DNA of 64,000 nt from an uncultured Piscirickettsiaceae bacterium (GCA_964515065.1 CAZESR010000002.1:3419-67418), one strand, 5' to 3'; positions 1 through 11,307 are shown, counted from the first letter of the stretch. Program-made: numbers and translations. The notes: generated by a model not told the origin, from the sequence alone.

Positions 1-771
1 CTTAAACGAGAGCTATTTGAGGAGATAGGAATTAAAATTAAAAAGTTTAGTCTGACTCAAACAATTAAGCAGCAATACCCTGACAAAATGATTAATCTAT
101 CAGTCTATTCAGTCGATGAATATTCTGGTACTCCGGCTGGCAAAGAAGGACAAGAGTTCTCTTGGTGTAGTCTAGATAAGTTTACAAACTATAGACTTTT
201 ACCGACGATGTGGAAAATTATTAAGAGGATTTCCCTTCCAGAAAGTTATTGGATAACACCAGACAATCATAATTCTAAATCTATTCTTAAGCAATGCAGT
301 CAGCATATTGCTAACGGAACAAAAATTATACAACTTAGAAGTAAGACTCAACTCGATAAACTCTACATAGATAAATTTAATAAATTATGCCAATTAAATC
401 ATGCAAAGCTTATTTTAAATATGCCTCGAATGACTTTTGAAGAGCCTTGTGATGGATGGCATCTATCTTCAAAAAAATTAATGGACTATTCATCAAAGGA
501 ATTACCTGATGAAAAGCTTATTGGAGCCTCAACACATAACTTGACAGAAGTAAAGCATGCTGAAAACATGTCATTAGATTATCTAAGCCTTTCACCAATC
601 AATGAAACTCCCTCTCATCCCAATACTAAAACCCTTGGATGGAATAAAGCTTCAGAGATTATCGGTCAGAGCAAAATACCCATTTATCTGCTTGGAGGAA
701 TGGATAAAAACTCCATGAATCAGGCTTTAAGTATTGGCGCACAAGGCATTGCAGGTATCAGAGGAATTTAA
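1..771 (+). CDS. Nudix (MutT-like) hydrolase fused to thiamine-phosphate-synthase-like TIM barrel; 5'-truncated by window edge
   Basis: Frame is open from base 1 (LKRELFEEIGI, end of the Nudix box). C-terminal ThiE-like motifs QLRSK, GASTH, SPINETPSHP, LGG. Confidence 0.85.
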   Translation, partial: LKRELFEEIGIKIKKFSLTQTIKQQYPDKMINLSVYSVDEYSGTPAGKEGQEFSWCSLDKFTNYRLLPTMWKIIKRISLPESYWITPDNHNSKSILKQCSQHIANGTKIIQLRSKTQLDKLYIDKFNKLCQLNHAKLILNMPRMTFEEPCDGWHLSSKKLMDYSSKELPDEKLIGASTHNLTEVKHAENMSLDYLSLSPINETPSHPNTKTLGWNKASEIIGQSKIPIYLLGGMDKNSMNQALSIGAQGIAGIRGI

Positions 772-1034
772 AGTGGCGACCCTGTTATCTCGAGGAATTT
801 GTCCTGGATGTCCTCTTTACTCATTTTAACTAAACCATCAGACCCACCTCTGCAGAGCAGAGTGTCATTAACAAAAATCTGAGGGACTGTTCTAAAGCCA
901 GATTTAACAAAAAAATCACGTGCATGACTATCTTCTTGAATATTTAAAGTTTCATATTCAATATCAAGATTATCGAGATAGTTTTTAGCCCTAGTGCAGT
1001 AAAAACAAGAATGGGATGTATACACTTTAATCAT
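768..1034 (-). CDS. grxC: Dithiol glutaredoxin (Grx3-like)
   Basis: CFYC active site, TVPQIF and GG motifs, 88 aa. Confidence 0.85.
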   Translation of the reverse strand: MIKVYTSHSCFYCTRAKNYLDNLDIEYETLNIQEDSHARDFFVKSGFRTVPQIFVNDTLLCRGGSDGLVKMSKEDIQDKFLEITGSPL

Positions 1035-1121
1035 ATATTTACGAACTTGAGTTTAACCGCTAGAGATAATACCAGTAAAATAATTTTATTGGACTTGTAT
1101 AGTCATGAAAATAGTGTGTTT

Positions 1122-1874
1122 TCAACCTCTTAAAAATACCCAAGATGAGTCACTTGATAGATCTTTGTCGAAACGATAGCCCTCATCAGAAAAACCTTTC
1201 AATCCCTCAGGTTTTTCCAGTCTGTTCCTGATAATATAATTCACCATTAAACCTCTGGCTCTTTTTGCATAAATTCCTATAACCTTATAAGTGTCGCCTT
1301 TCTTTTCTTTAAAAACGATATCTAGGATATTAGCATTCAGGGTTTTTTTATCAATCGCTTTGAAGTACTCGTTTGATGCAAGATTAACAATTAAATCGGT
1401 TTCATCTTCATTCAAAACATTGCTTATGTCTGAACCCCAGTAATCATAAAGGTCACTGCCTTTTGCATTACTAAGCTTTGTTCCCATCTCCAGACGATAG
1501 GGTTGTATTAAATCGAGTGGCCTAATAACTCCATAAAGGCCAGAAAGCATCCTCACTTTACCTTGGGAAAATTCTAAATCCTCTTTAGATAGTTCAGGTG
1601 CATTGATGCCATTGTAAACGTCGCCCTTAAATGCAAGAATTGCCTGCTTAGCGTTTTTAAGTGTAAAGGGCAATTGAAACTTCTGAAAACGATCAAAATT
1701 CAATTCGGATAATTTTTCACTCAATGACATCAATTTCGAAATTTGGGATTTACTTTTATTTTTGAGAATTCCAATTAACTCATTTGAACTCTCTATTTGC
1801 CTAGTTTGAGAAAAAACATCAATATTGCACTGAGAAAAATCTTGAGTTTTTGAAGGTGAAATAATAACCAACAT
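1122..1874 (-). CDS. yaaA: Peroxide stress protein YaaA (DUF328)
   Basis: IISPSK, LSGLYGVIRPLDLIQPYRLEMGT, NLASNEY, KRARG motifs. ATG at 1874 preferred over the TTG at 1883. Confidence 0.92.
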   Translation of the reverse strand: MLVIISPSKTQDFSQCNIDVFSQTRQIESSNELIGILKNKSKSQISKLMSLSEKLSELNFDRFQKFQLPFTLKNAKQAILAFKGDVYNGINAPELSKEDLEFSQGKVRMLSGLYGVIRPLDLIQPYRLEMGTKLSNAKGSDLYDYWGSDISNVLNEDETDLIVNLASNEYFKAIDKKTLNANILDIVFKEKKGDTYKVIGIYAKRARGLMVNYIIRNRLEKPEGLKGFSDEGYRFDKDLSSDSSWVFLRG

Positions 1875-2012
1875 ATGTGTCAATAAAATGAAAATAATTC
1901 TACCTTAAAATCCGCGTCATAACAATACAACTCAGTAAATTTGGGCTTTAAATTAGTCAAAAAATAAGGTATTATAGTCGGTTCGTCGGTATTCGTTTTA
2001 GACTCAATATTT

Positions 2013-5000
2013 ATGAAAAAAAAGCAATTACATTTGCCAAAAGCGCGTGGGCTATACAACCCTAATAATGAGAAAGAAAACTGTGGAGTTGGTTTTATTG
2101 CCAATCTGAAAAGCAATTCATCTCATCAAATTACGCAAGATGCATTAGAGATGCTATCGAGAATGGATCATCGAGGTGCTTGTGGTTGTGAGGCAAATAC
2201 TGGTGATGGAGCTGGGATACTCACCGATATCCCCCATAAGTTTTTCTCTGACGAAATCAAAAAGCTGTTTGGCACCAATGTCACTCTAGGTAATTACGGT
2301 GTCGGCAATGTTTTCTTGCCGCAAGACCAAAAAGAAAGAGATTATTGCATCGCCTTAGTTGAAAAAATAATTAAGGACGAAGGTCAGTCATTAATTGGTT
2401 GGAGGAATGTTCCTATTGACCCAAAGTTAGCCGATGTGGGCGATACAGCTCGTGAATCACAACCTCAAATTATGCAGCTAATTATTGAGAACGCTGGTAA
2501 TTTGAATCAAGATGCTTTTGAGGGAGTACTTTATGTTATTCGCAAAAATATTTCTAAAATAATCCGAACAGATGAATCAATTTCACAAGCCTTGATGTTC
2601 TATGTCTGTAGTCTATCTACTAGAGTAATAATATACAAGGGAATGCTCATGGGTTCTCAATTATTGGACTTTTATACTGACCTTAGTAACAAGAAATTTA
2701 GTACCTATTTAGCGATGGTGCACTCTCGCTTTTCTACAAATACCTTTCCATCTTGGGACAGAGCGCAGCCATGCCGATTTATGGCTCACAACGGTGAAAT
2801 TAACACTCGCCAAGGAAATTACAACTGGATGAGAGCGCGCGAAGGTGTCCTTGAGAGCGACATCTTTGGTGACGACCTATCAAAAACTCTTCCTGTAATT
2901 GAAACTGAAGTTTCTGACTCAGGAAGCTTTGATAATGTTTTAGAGTTTTTACTAATGAATGGTAGATCTCTTCAAGAGGCTGTATTAATGATGGTGCCAG
3001 AGGCTTGGCAAAATGATACCGAAATGAGCTCTGAGAAAAAAGCGTTTTATGAATACTTTTCAAATGTCATGGAACCGTGGGATGGTCCAGCATCAATCGC
3101 GTTTACAGATGGCCGCTATATAGGAGCGGTACTTGATAGAAATGGTCTAAGACCATCTCGCTATTATTTAACTCATGATGATCGAGTTATTATGGCTTCA
3201 GAAGTTGGTGTTGTTGATGTGGCAACAAACAATGTAAAAACTAAAGGAAGACTCAGACCTGGAAAAATGTTTCTTGTTGACTTTAAAAAAGGTCAGCTAG
3301 TTGATGATAATGAGATAAAAAATAGCTTTGCAACTAAGAATCCATACGCAGATTGGCTGGATAATCAAAAGATTTCGCTAAATGATCTAAGATCGGATGG
3401 AGATTCAAAAGGATTCTATCCGGATACTCTAATCAACAGACTTAAAGCATTTGGTTACAGCACTGAAACCCTTCAATTTATGTTGCTCCCTCTTGTCAGC
3501 GAACTAAGAGATCCTGTTGGTTCAATGGGAAATGACTCAGCACTAGCTTGCTTGTCAGATCAGTCTCGAATTATTTATGACTACTTTAAGCAACTCTTTG
3601 CTCAGGTTACAAACCCTGCGATCGATTCAATCAGAGAAGAAGTAGTCATGTCATTAAGCTGTTCGATTGGACCCGAAGGAAACTTATTGAGAAACAAAGA
3701 GGAAAACGCTCATCGACTGGTAGTTGATCACCCTATTTTAACTAATGAGGAAATGGCAGCGCTTAATCAATGCGACCATAGGGGCTGGACAAGTAAGACC
3801 ATAGATATCACTTATGAGACCGATGGTAATCATAATTTAAGCGACATGCTCGACTTAATATGTGAACAAAGCACTCAAGCCATTAAAGATGGCCACAGTC
3901 TTGTCATTTTGTCAGACAGAAATATAAATTCTAATCGAAATGCTGTCAGCTCACTGCTTGCATCCGCAGCAGTTCATAGACATTTAGTAGCTCACCATAA
4001 GCGCACTCAAGTAGGAATCATAGTTGAAACTGGAGAAGCAAGAGAGGTGCATCATTTTTGTCTTTTGACTGGATTTGGTGCTGATGCTGTAAATCCGTAC
4101 CTAGCATTTGAGGCATTATGGCAAGCCAAAAGAGATAAATTAATTAATCTAGATGACGATGATGCCGTTGTCAAAGCATATCGAAAAGCAATTGCTAAAG
4201 GCATGCTAAAAGTTATGGCAAAAATGGGTATCTCTACTCTTGCGTCCTATAAAGGAGCACAAATTTTTGAGGCTGTTGGTCTTTCTGAAGAGGTTATGAA
4301 TAAATGCTTTTTTGAAACGGCAAGTCGAATCAGTGGTGTAGGCTTTGACGTCATTCAGCAAGAGTCTGAAGCGCAACATAAAAAAGCATTTTTATCAAAA
4401 TCACTTGATAATTTGGGTCACTATCACTGGAGAAGTGGTGGTGAAAAGCATATGTGGGAGCCACAAACAATTACTTCTTTGCAGCAGGCTGCTAGAGGTA
4501 ATAATCAAAGTGCATATTGGGAGTTTTCAAAAAAATCGAACGAAGAAGGCACAAGAAATTGCACCCTACGTGGTCTAATGTCATTCAAATATGGAAATCC
4601 AATCGACATAGAACAAGTTGAGCCTGCTAAAGAAATTGTAAAAAGATTTGTCACTGGGGCAATGAGTTTTGGTTCAATCTCAGCTGAGTCTCATGAGTCG
4701 CTTGCCATAGCAATGAATCGTATAGGTGGAAAGTCAAACACTGGCGAAGGTGGTGAAGACTCAAAACGCTGGACTCCCGATGCTAATGGTGACTCTAGAC
4801 GAAGTGCCATTAAGCAAGTTGCTTCAGGCCGATTTGGGGTTACTATCGATTATCTCAACAATGCAGATGAACTTCAAATAAAAGTATCTCAGGGAGCAAA
4901 GCCAGGCGAAGGGGGTGAGCTTCCAGGTGGAAAGGTTGATGAGGGAATTGCAAAAATTCGATGCTCTACAGCAGGTGTAGGTCTAATTAGTCCTCCACCT

Positions 5001-6530
5001 CATCACGATATTTATTCTATCGAAGACCTCTCTCAACTCATTTTTGATCTCAAGCGATCTAATCCAGATGCTCGCATCAGCGTCAAACTGGTATCAGAAG
5101 TTGGTGTTGGTACGGTTGCTGCTGGAGTCACTAAGGCAAAATCTGATCATATTGTGATTGCTGGACATGACGGGGGAACTGGAGCTTCACCTTTAACTTC
5201 AATCAAACATGCGGGACTACCTTGGGAGCTTGGTGTTGCTGAAACTCACCAAACCCTAGTCATGAATGACCTTCGATCTAGAGTTGTGATTCAAACAGAT
5301 GGGCAACTCAAAACTGGACGTGATGTTGCAATTGCTGCCTTATTAGGTGCTGAAGAATTTGGTTTTTCTACTGCGCCATTGATTACGCTTGGTTGCATTA
5401 TGATGCGCAAATGCCACTTGAATACCTGCCCTGTGGGAATTGCTACCCAGGACAAAGTGTTGCGCAAAAAATTCACTGGGAAACCTGAACACGTGGTTAA
5501 TTACTTGTTTATGGTTGCTGAAGAATTAAGAATTATTATGGCTGAACTTGGTTTTTCTAAATTAACTGATATGGTTGGAAGAGTTGATATGCTTGAGATG
5601 AAAAAAGCTATTAATCACTGGAAGCAAGACTCTATTGACCTAAGTTCAATATTAACGCCTGCTGAAAATCTATATAGAGATGCTGGAACTTTTCAAAGTA
5701 TTAATCAAGATCATCAACTTGAGGAGCAGTTAGATCTTGTTTTAATTGAAAAGTCTAAAGAGGCTATTGAAAGCAACAAAAGAGTTCAATTTAATTCTAG
5801 TATTTCTAATGTTGATAGAGCTGTAGGTGCGATGTTATCCTCACATGTAGTTAAATCAAGGAACGGCAATAAGCTCAAAGATGGCTCAATTCAAATTAAT
5901 TTTCAGGGTTCGGCTGGTCAATCTTTTGGAGCCTTTCTTGCTCAAGGAATTGCTATGTCGGTCGAGGGTGATGCAAATGATTATGTAGGAAAAGGACTGT
6001 CGGGTGGTCGTGTCATTGTCTACCCTCCTAAAGATTCAACTTATTCCTCTGAAAATGAAATTATTGCTGGAAATGTTTGTGGTTATGGTGCTACAGGTGG
6101 TGAACTTTACCTTTCGGGCCAAGTAGCTGAACGCTTTTGTGTTCGAAATTCAGGTTTAATAGCTGTTGTTGAAGGCATTGGCGATCATGGTTGTGAGTAT
6201 ATGACAGGTGGAAGAGCAGTTATTTTAGGCGAGGTTGGCAGAAACTTTGGTGCTGGAATGAGCGGAGGTATTGCATACGTTTATAACCCAAATCAAACAT
6301 TAGAGTCTAGAGCAAATGCTGCGATGATTGACTTTGACCCAATGGATAAGGAATCACTATCTGAGCTTTGTGAGCTTACAACAAAGCATTTTAAATATAC
6401 TGGCTCAAAAATAGCTGAAAAAATTCTAGACAACTGGGATAAAGAGGCTATTCACTTCATTAAGGTTATGCCTAAGGCACTTAAAGCAGTTCTAGCTGCT
6501 CAGGATAAAAAGCATCTCAAAGCAGTCTAA
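2013..6530 (+). CDS. gltB: Glutamate synthase large subunit
   Basis: Ntn-amidotransferase CGVGF start, HSRFSTNTFPSW, GAMSFGSIS, QGAKPGEGG, 3Fe-4S CIMMRKCHLNTC, C-terminal GXGXG domain. Confidence 0.98.
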   Translation: MKKKQLHLPKARGLYNPNNEKENCGVGFIANLKSNSSHQITQDALEMLSRMDHRGACGCEANTGDGAGILTDIPHKFFSDEIKKLFGTNVTLGNYGVGNVFLPQDQKERDYCIALVEKIIKDEGQSLIGWRNVPIDPKLADVGDTARESQPQIMQLIIENAGNLNQDAFEGVLYVIRKNISKIIRTDESISQALMFYVCSLSTRVIIYKGMLMGSQLLDFYTDLSNKKFSTYLAMVHSRFSTNTFPSWDRAQPCRFMAHNGEINTRQGNYNWMRAREGVLESDIFGDDLSKTLPVIETEVSDSGSFDNVLEFLLMNGRSLQEAVLMMVPEAWQNDTEMSSEKKAFYEYFSNVMEPWDGPASIAFTDGRYIGAVLDRNGLRPSRYYLTHDDRVIMASEVGVVDVATNNVKTKGRLRPGKMFLVDFKKGQLVDDNEIKNSFATKNPYADWLDNQKISLNDLRSDGDSKGFYPDTLINRLKAFGYSTETLQFMLLPLVSELRDPVGSMGNDSALACLSDQSRIIYDYFKQLFAQVTNPAIDSIREEVVMSLSCSIGPEGNLLRNKEENAHRLVVDHPILTNEEMAALNQCDHRGWTSKTIDITYETDGNHNLSDMLDLICEQSTQAIKDGHSLVILSDRNINSNRNAVSSLLASAAVHRHLVAHHKRTQVGIIVETGEAREVHHFCLLTGFGADAVNPYLAFEALWQAKRDKLINLDDDDAVVKAYRKAIAKGMLKVMAKMGISTLASYKGAQIFEAVGLSEEVMNKCFFETASRISGVGFDVIQQESEAQHKKAFLSKSLDNLGHYHWRSGGEKHMWEPQTITSLQQAARGNNQSAYWEFSKKSNEEGTRNCTLRGLMSFKYGNPIDIEQVEPAKEIVKRFVTGAMSFGSISAESHESLAIAMNRIGGKSNTGEGGEDSKRWTPDANGDSRRSAIKQVASGRFGVTIDYLNNADELQIKVSQGAKPGEGGELPGGKVDEGIAKIRCSTAGVGLISPPPHHDIYSIEDLSQLIFDLKRSNPDARISVKLVSEVGVGTVAAGVTKAKSDHIVIAGHDGGTGASPLTSIKHAGLPWELGVAETHQTLVMNDLRSRVVIQTDGQLKTGRDVAIAALLGAEEFGFSTAPLITLGCIMMRKCHLNTCPVGIATQDKVLRKKFTGKPEHVVNYLFMVAEELRIIMAELGFSKLTDMVGRVDMLEMKKAINHWKQDSIDLSSILTPAENLYRDAGTFQSINQDHQLEEQLDLVLIEKSKEAIESNKRVQFNSSISNVDRAVGAMLSSHVVKSRNGNKLKDGSIQINFQGSAGQSFGAFLAQGIAMSVEGDANDYVGKGLSGGRVIVYPPKDSTYSSENEIIAGNVCGYGATGGELYLSGQVAERFCVRNSGLIAVVEGIGDHGCEYMTGGRAVILGEVGRNFGAGMSGGIAYVYNPNQTLESRANAAMIDFDPMDKESLSELCELTTKHFKYTGSKIAEKILDNWDKEAIHFIKVMPKALKAVLAAQDKKHLKAV

Positions 6531-6709
6531 ATAGGTATCGCGTCGATAACATCGGCGCTAGCACCCAAGATATTATCAACTCCATCGCCAACCACTGGAA
6601 TTACAGAGACGACTGCGCCCGTGACTCGCATAGGAACAGTAACGACCTTAGTGAAGACGCAGCCTGACAAGAGCACAATCAATAAAGATAATGTAGCTAA
6701 TCTTTTCAT
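6527..6709 (-). CDS. Small lipoprotein (DUF6726-like)
   Basis: Signal peptide with lipobox LSGC; overlaps folA stop by 4 nt. Confidence 0.7.
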   Translation of the reverse strand: MKRLATLSLLIVLLSGCVFTKVVTVPMRVTGAVVSVIPVVGDGVDNILGASADVIDAIPI

Positions 6710-7194
6710 TGGGCTCTATCTAAAACAATAAAGTGGTGTGAGTAGGCATTTGAATGGTCTTTTGGATGAGATTCACAACTCACTTGCTGCCAATGACTAT
6801 CATCATATTTTGGAAAAAAAACATCCCCTTGAAACTCTCCATCAACCTTTGTAATATATAGTCTGTTGACTTGTGGGAGGAGCTGCTCGCACAAACTTGC
6901 ACCTCCAATTACCATAACCTCTTCTTCATCTTTTGTTAGTTCAAGCGCATTAGCTATACTTGATACAACTTCACACCCAGGTATGGAAATTTTTGTATTT
7001 CGAGTGACTACAATGTTTCTTCGATTAGGCAGAGGCCTCCCAATAGAATCATAAGTTTTTCTTCCCATTAATATTGACTTACCCGTGGTAATTTTTTTGA
7101 AGTAGGCTAAGTCTGCTGGAAGATGCCATGGAAGTTGATTATTATTACCAATCAAACGATTATCATCCATTGCCACGACTATTGATAAGCGCAT
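6706..7194 (-). CDS. folA: Dihydrofolate reductase
   Basis: LPWHLPADL, MGRKT, RPLPNRRNIV, IGG, GDVFFP. Confidence 0.97.
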   Translation of the reverse strand: MRLSIVVAMDDNRLIGNNNQLPWHLPADLAYFKKITTGKSILMGRKTYDSIGRPLPNRRNIVVTRNTKISIPGCEVVSSIANALELTKDEEEVMVIGGASLCEQLLPQVNRLYITKVDGEFQGDVFFPKYDDSHWQQVSCESHPKDHSNAYSHHFIVLDRAQ

Positions 7195-7250
7195 TAATTC
7201 AGCCTGATTGAAGTAAAATATTAGATTATTTTACAATCTTTAATCTGTCA

Positions 7251-7841
7251 GTGTCGCTCATTCTTGCCTCATCTTCGCCATTCAGAAAAGCTATACTTGA
7301 CAAGCTAGGACTCGACTTTGAAGTTGTTGCACCAGAGATCAATGAAGCCAGGAGAGAGAACGAATCACCCATTGATTTGGTTGCTCGCCTCTCAAAGGAA
7401 AAGGCAATGGCAGTGGCAAAATCTAAGACTGGTCTAATTATTGCCTCTGACCAGGTAGCGACCTTGGATAGTGGATACGAAGCCAATGACTCTGTCTTGA
7501 CCAAACCTGGTAGCCATGAAAATGCTGTCCTTCAGCTCAAAAAAAGTTCTGGAAAAACTGTAAACTTTCTTACAGGGTTAGTTTTGATGAACACAAAAAA
7601 CCTTAATACTCAGGTTCATGTTGAACATTTCAAAGTTTCATTTAAGGCACTATCAGAAAATCAAATATTAAACTATTTATCCAAGGAAGATGTCCTTAAC
7701 TGTGCTGGTAGCTTCAAGTCAGAGGGTTTAGGAATTGCATTATTCAGTGAAATGGAGGGTAATGATCCCAACAGTCTTATTGGCCTGCCCACTATTCAAT
7801 TAATCGATATGCTCGCAAAGGAAAATGTTCACGTTCTATGA
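7251..7841 (+). CDS. maf: Maf-family nucleoside triphosphate pyrophosphatase (YceF-like)
   Basis: LILASSSPFR, SDQV, KPG, CAGSFKSEGLG, LIGLP; GTG start. Confidence 0.92.
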   Translation: MSLILASSSPFRKAILDKLGLDFEVVAPEINEARRENESPIDLVARLSKEKAMAVAKSKTGLIIASDQVATLDSGYEANDSVLTKPGSHENAVLQLKKSSGKTVNFLTGLVLMNTKNLNTQVHVEHFKVSFKALSENQILNYLSKEDVLNCAGSFKSEGLGIALFSEMEGNDPNSLIGLPTIQLIDMLAKENVHVL

Positions 7842-10800
7842 GCATAGTTTATCCCGAAGAATCTAAGTCAATCTCTTCAGACTTCAGAAAGAATTATTGG
7901 GGCTCATTATTTGGCCCTTCAGAAGCACTTGCACTTCTAGAGTTTGCAGAATCTAACCAAGGCTTTGTTCTCTATATTGCAAGAGATATAAAGCATTATG
8001 ACGAAATCAATAAGTCGCTCGCTTTTTTTAACAAATCCATTGAGATTCTGAGTTTTGCAAGCTGGGAAGTTTTAGCATTTGATCATTTCTCACCTCATCC
8101 TGACATTGTTTCTTCAAGACTCAATACATTAGCAAAATTATCGTCCCTAGAGTCTGGAATTATCGTTACCACGATAGAAGCCCTGTCTCAAAGAATCTGC
8201 CCAAAAGGCTATATAGATAAGTATAGCCTGGGTCTTAAAAATAATCAGCACCTTGAAGTTGATTCATTTACTGCAAACCTCATAAAAATTGGATATCGTA
8301 GAGTTACCACTGTAATGGAGCAAGGTGAATTCTCATTAAAAGGTGCGCTAATTGACATGTTTCCAATGGGGACAAAAAACCCATTCAGAATTGATCTTTT
8401 TGATAATGAAATTGAGTCGATTAGATCCTTTGACCCTTCTTCGCAAAGGTCTATTGAGGTCATTAAAGAAATTCAACTCCTTCCCGCAAGAGAGTTTGCT
8501 TCAGACAAAGACAGTATAGATATCTTCAAAAAAAATTATTTATCTGAGTTTGGTAATACTGATGGTTTCATTTACACAGAGGTCAGTGAAGGGAGATATC
8601 CAGGAGGAATTGAATTCTATTTGCCATTATTTTTTGAAACAACTGACACATTGTTTGACTTCATTCCAGATAATTCAGTCATTGCCTATCAGAAAGGACT
8701 TGATGAATCAATTGAGCAGCAGAGTGAAGAGTTGTTAGAGCGCTTTAACTACTGTCAAAACTCTCTAGAAAGATTGCCCCTTGAAGTGGGCAAGGTCTTC
8801 TTAAATGCCAATGATTTTTTTGCTGCTCTCAATAAAAAAAAGCAGGTTCAAATTCAAACATCTAAGACACTCAAAGCTGAGGGTTTAGACTTTAAGTCAT
8901 CCATTCTTCCTCCTGTTAAGATTGAAGCTGAGGCCAAGAGGCCACTCAACAAATTATTCAGCTTTATGAAAAGCTTTACTGGTCGAACTCTAATCGTTTG
9001 TGAATCAGAAGGTAGGCAAAGTGTTCTTAAAGATTTGTTATCCACCTATGAACTAGTCGCCTTTGATTGTCAAAACTGGACTGACTTCCTCGATCAAGAC
9101 TCAAAGCTGAGCATTACTAGTGCAAGCTTAAGTGAGGGTGTTATTTTTGAAAATTTAGCAATCATTACTGAAAATAATTTATTTGGACAGGATGCTGTTA
9201 AGCAACAACGAAGACGCCGCGCAAAGCATAAGGATTTTGATGAAGCTATAAAAAGTTTAGTTGAAATTCAAATGGGTGATCCTGTGGTCCATGAGCATTA
9301 TGGTGTTGGGCGCTATTTGGGTCTGATTAGTCGAAGTTTTGATGACAACCAACAAGATTTTCTCTCAGTAGAGTATGCAAATGGCTCAAAGCTCATGGTT
9401 CCTATCACCAGCTTAAATCTTATTTCAAGATACACAGGAGTGAGCGCAGATAATGCACCTCTTCACAAATTAGGGAGTCAGCAATGGACAAAAGCAAAGA
9501 GAAAGGCAGCTGATTCACTCTATGATGTTGCGGCTGAGCTTTTAGAAATTTATGCAAAGCGAGAATCTCAAAAAGGTTTTTCATTTCCAATCCCTTCTGA
9601 CTCATACAGCTCATTTGTCTCAAGCTTTGCATTTGAAGAAACACCCGATCAAATTAAAACCATGAATGACGTCTTGGTAGATATGCAATCTGAGAGGCCT
9701 ATGGATCGACTGGTCTGTGGTGATGTTGGATTTGGTAAAACTGAAATTGCTATGAGGGCTGCCTTCTTAGCTGTAGAATCAGGAAAGCAAGTCGCTATCC
9801 TTGTCCCAACAACGCTTCTTGCTAACCAGCATTATCAGACATTCACAGACCGTTTTTCTAAATTTCCAGTAGTAATTAAATCTTTATCTAGGTTTCAGAA
9901 CAATAAAGAACAAACTCAAATTAAAGCTGACCTCAAGCTAGGGAAAATTGATATTGTAGTAGGGACTCATAAACTCATTCAGGGTGACATCAAATATCAA
10001 AATCTTGGGCTAATAATTATTGATGAGGAGCATCGGTTTGGCGTCAAACAGAAAGAGTCGCTAAAAAAAATCCGTGGTCAAAGTGATATTTTAACCATGA
10101 CAGCGACTCCAATTCCTCGCTCACTGAATATGGCGCTTGGATCTCTAAGAGAGCTATCGATTATTGCATCACCCCCAGCAAAAAGAACCGCAATACAGAC
10201 TTTCGTTGATGAATGGGACAACAACACTATTGTTGAGGCTTGCTCAAGAGAATTACATCGAGGAGGCCAAATATTTGTTTTACATAACGACATTGATACC
10301 ATTGACAATATGGCTGAATCATTAAAAGATCTCATGCCCAATATAAAAATTAGGGTAGCTCATGGTCAAATGCCAAGTAAAGAGCTTGAGCAAATAATGA
10401 CTGATTTTTATCACCAACGTTTTCAGCTTCTGGTTTGTACAACAATTATTGAGACTGGTATCGACATCCCAAGCGCTAACACCATCATTATCAATAATGC
10501 TCAAAATTTTGGCCTTGCTCAGCTTCATCAGCTTCGCGGAAGAGTGGGTCGCTCTCATCACAAAGCTTATGCATATTTAGTAGTCAAATCAACTCAATCA
10601 ATAACTGAGAATGCTAGAAAACGTCTGGATGCAATAGCTTCATTAGAAGAGCTTGGTGCTGGATTTATGTTGGCAAATCATGACCTTGAAATAAGAGGAG
10701 CAGGTGACTTACTGGGTGAAAATCAAAGTGGAAAGATTTCTGAAATTGGTTTTAATCTCTATCATGACCTTCTCAGGCGAACCATTCACGCTATAAAAAA

Positions 10801-11269
10801 TAACTATAAACTTGATATCAAAGATACATCACTTGAAGAGATAGAAATTAATCCCGGTATTGCCTGTATCATTCCAGAAACCTATTTGCCAGATGTGCAT
10901 GAACGCTTAATTCTCTACAAAAGAATTGCTAGTGCATTAAGTGAAGATGCATTAAAAGAACTTAAAGTTGAAATGATTGATAGGTTTGGACTTCTACCAG
11001 AGCCAACTCAAAATTTATTTGAGACTTCATCACTAAAGATTTATTCCAGGGAGATAGGAATTCTTAAAATCAATATCTATGATGATAAAGCTGAAATTAC
11101 TCTAAAAGATAAAAATAATATTGATACAAAAAAAATTATCAATCTAATCCAAACACAGCCCACAAAATTTCAGCTTAAAAATCAGAATACCATAGTCTTG
11201 AAAGAAACTATGGTGTCTGATCAATCTCGTATTATAGAAATTCGCAAAATTCTTGAAAAGCTTGTCTAA
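7838..11269 (+). CDS. mfd: Transcription-repair coupling factor
   Basis: GDVGFGKT, DEEHRFGV, TATPIPR, QLRGRVGRS, DLEIRGAG, TRCF C-terminus. Confidence 0.98.
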   Translation: MSIVYPEESKSISSDFRKNYWGSLFGPSEALALLEFAESNQGFVLYIARDIKHYDEINKSLAFFNKSIEILSFASWEVLAFDHFSPHPDIVSSRLNTLAKLSSLESGIIVTTIEALSQRICPKGYIDKYSLGLKNNQHLEVDSFTANLIKIGYRRVTTVMEQGEFSLKGALIDMFPMGTKNPFRIDLFDNEIESIRSFDPSSQRSIEVIKEIQLLPAREFASDKDSIDIFKKNYLSEFGNTDGFIYTEVSEGRYPGGIEFYLPLFFETTDTLFDFIPDNSVIAYQKGLDESIEQQSEELLERFNYCQNSLERLPLEVGKVFLNANDFFAALNKKKQVQIQTSKTLKAEGLDFKSSILPPVKIEAEAKRPLNKLFSFMKSFTGRTLIVCESEGRQSVLKDLLSTYELVAFDCQNWTDFLDQDSKLSITSASLSEGVIFENLAIITENNLFGQDAVKQQRRRRAKHKDFDEAIKSLVEIQMGDPVVHEHYGVGRYLGLISRSFDDNQQDFLSVEYANGSKLMVPITSLNLISRYTGVSADNAPLHKLGSQQWTKAKRKAADSLYDVAAELLEIYAKRESQKGFSFPIPSDSYSSFVSSFAFEETPDQIKTMNDVLVDMQSERPMDRLVCGDVGFGKTEIAMRAAFLAVESGKQVAILVPTTLLANQHYQTFTDRFSKFPVVIKSLSRFQNNKEQTQIKADLKLGKIDIVVGTHKLIQGDIKYQNLGLIIIDEEHRFGVKQKESLKKIRGQSDILTMTATPIPRSLNMALGSLRELSIIASPPAKRTAIQTFVDEWDNNTIVEACSRELHRGGQIFVLHNDIDTIDNMAESLKDLMPNIKIRVAHGQMPSKELEQIMTDFYHQRFQLLVCTTIIETGIDIPSANTIIINNAQNFGLAQLHQLRGRVGRSHHKAYAYLVVKSTQSITENARKRLDAIASLEELGAGFMLANHDLEIRGAGDLLGENQSGKISEIGFNLYHDLLRRTIHAIKNNYKLDIKDTSLEEIEINPGIACIIPETYLPDVHERLILYKRIASALSEDALKELKVEMIDRFGLLPEPTQNLFETSSLKIYSREIGILKINIYDDKAEITLKDKNNIDTKKIINLIQTQPTKFQLKNQNTIVLKETMVSDQSRIIEIRKILEKLV

Positions 11270-11307
11270 CAATCTCAAGTTAATAAAGCGTTGTAAGATC
11301 TATATGC

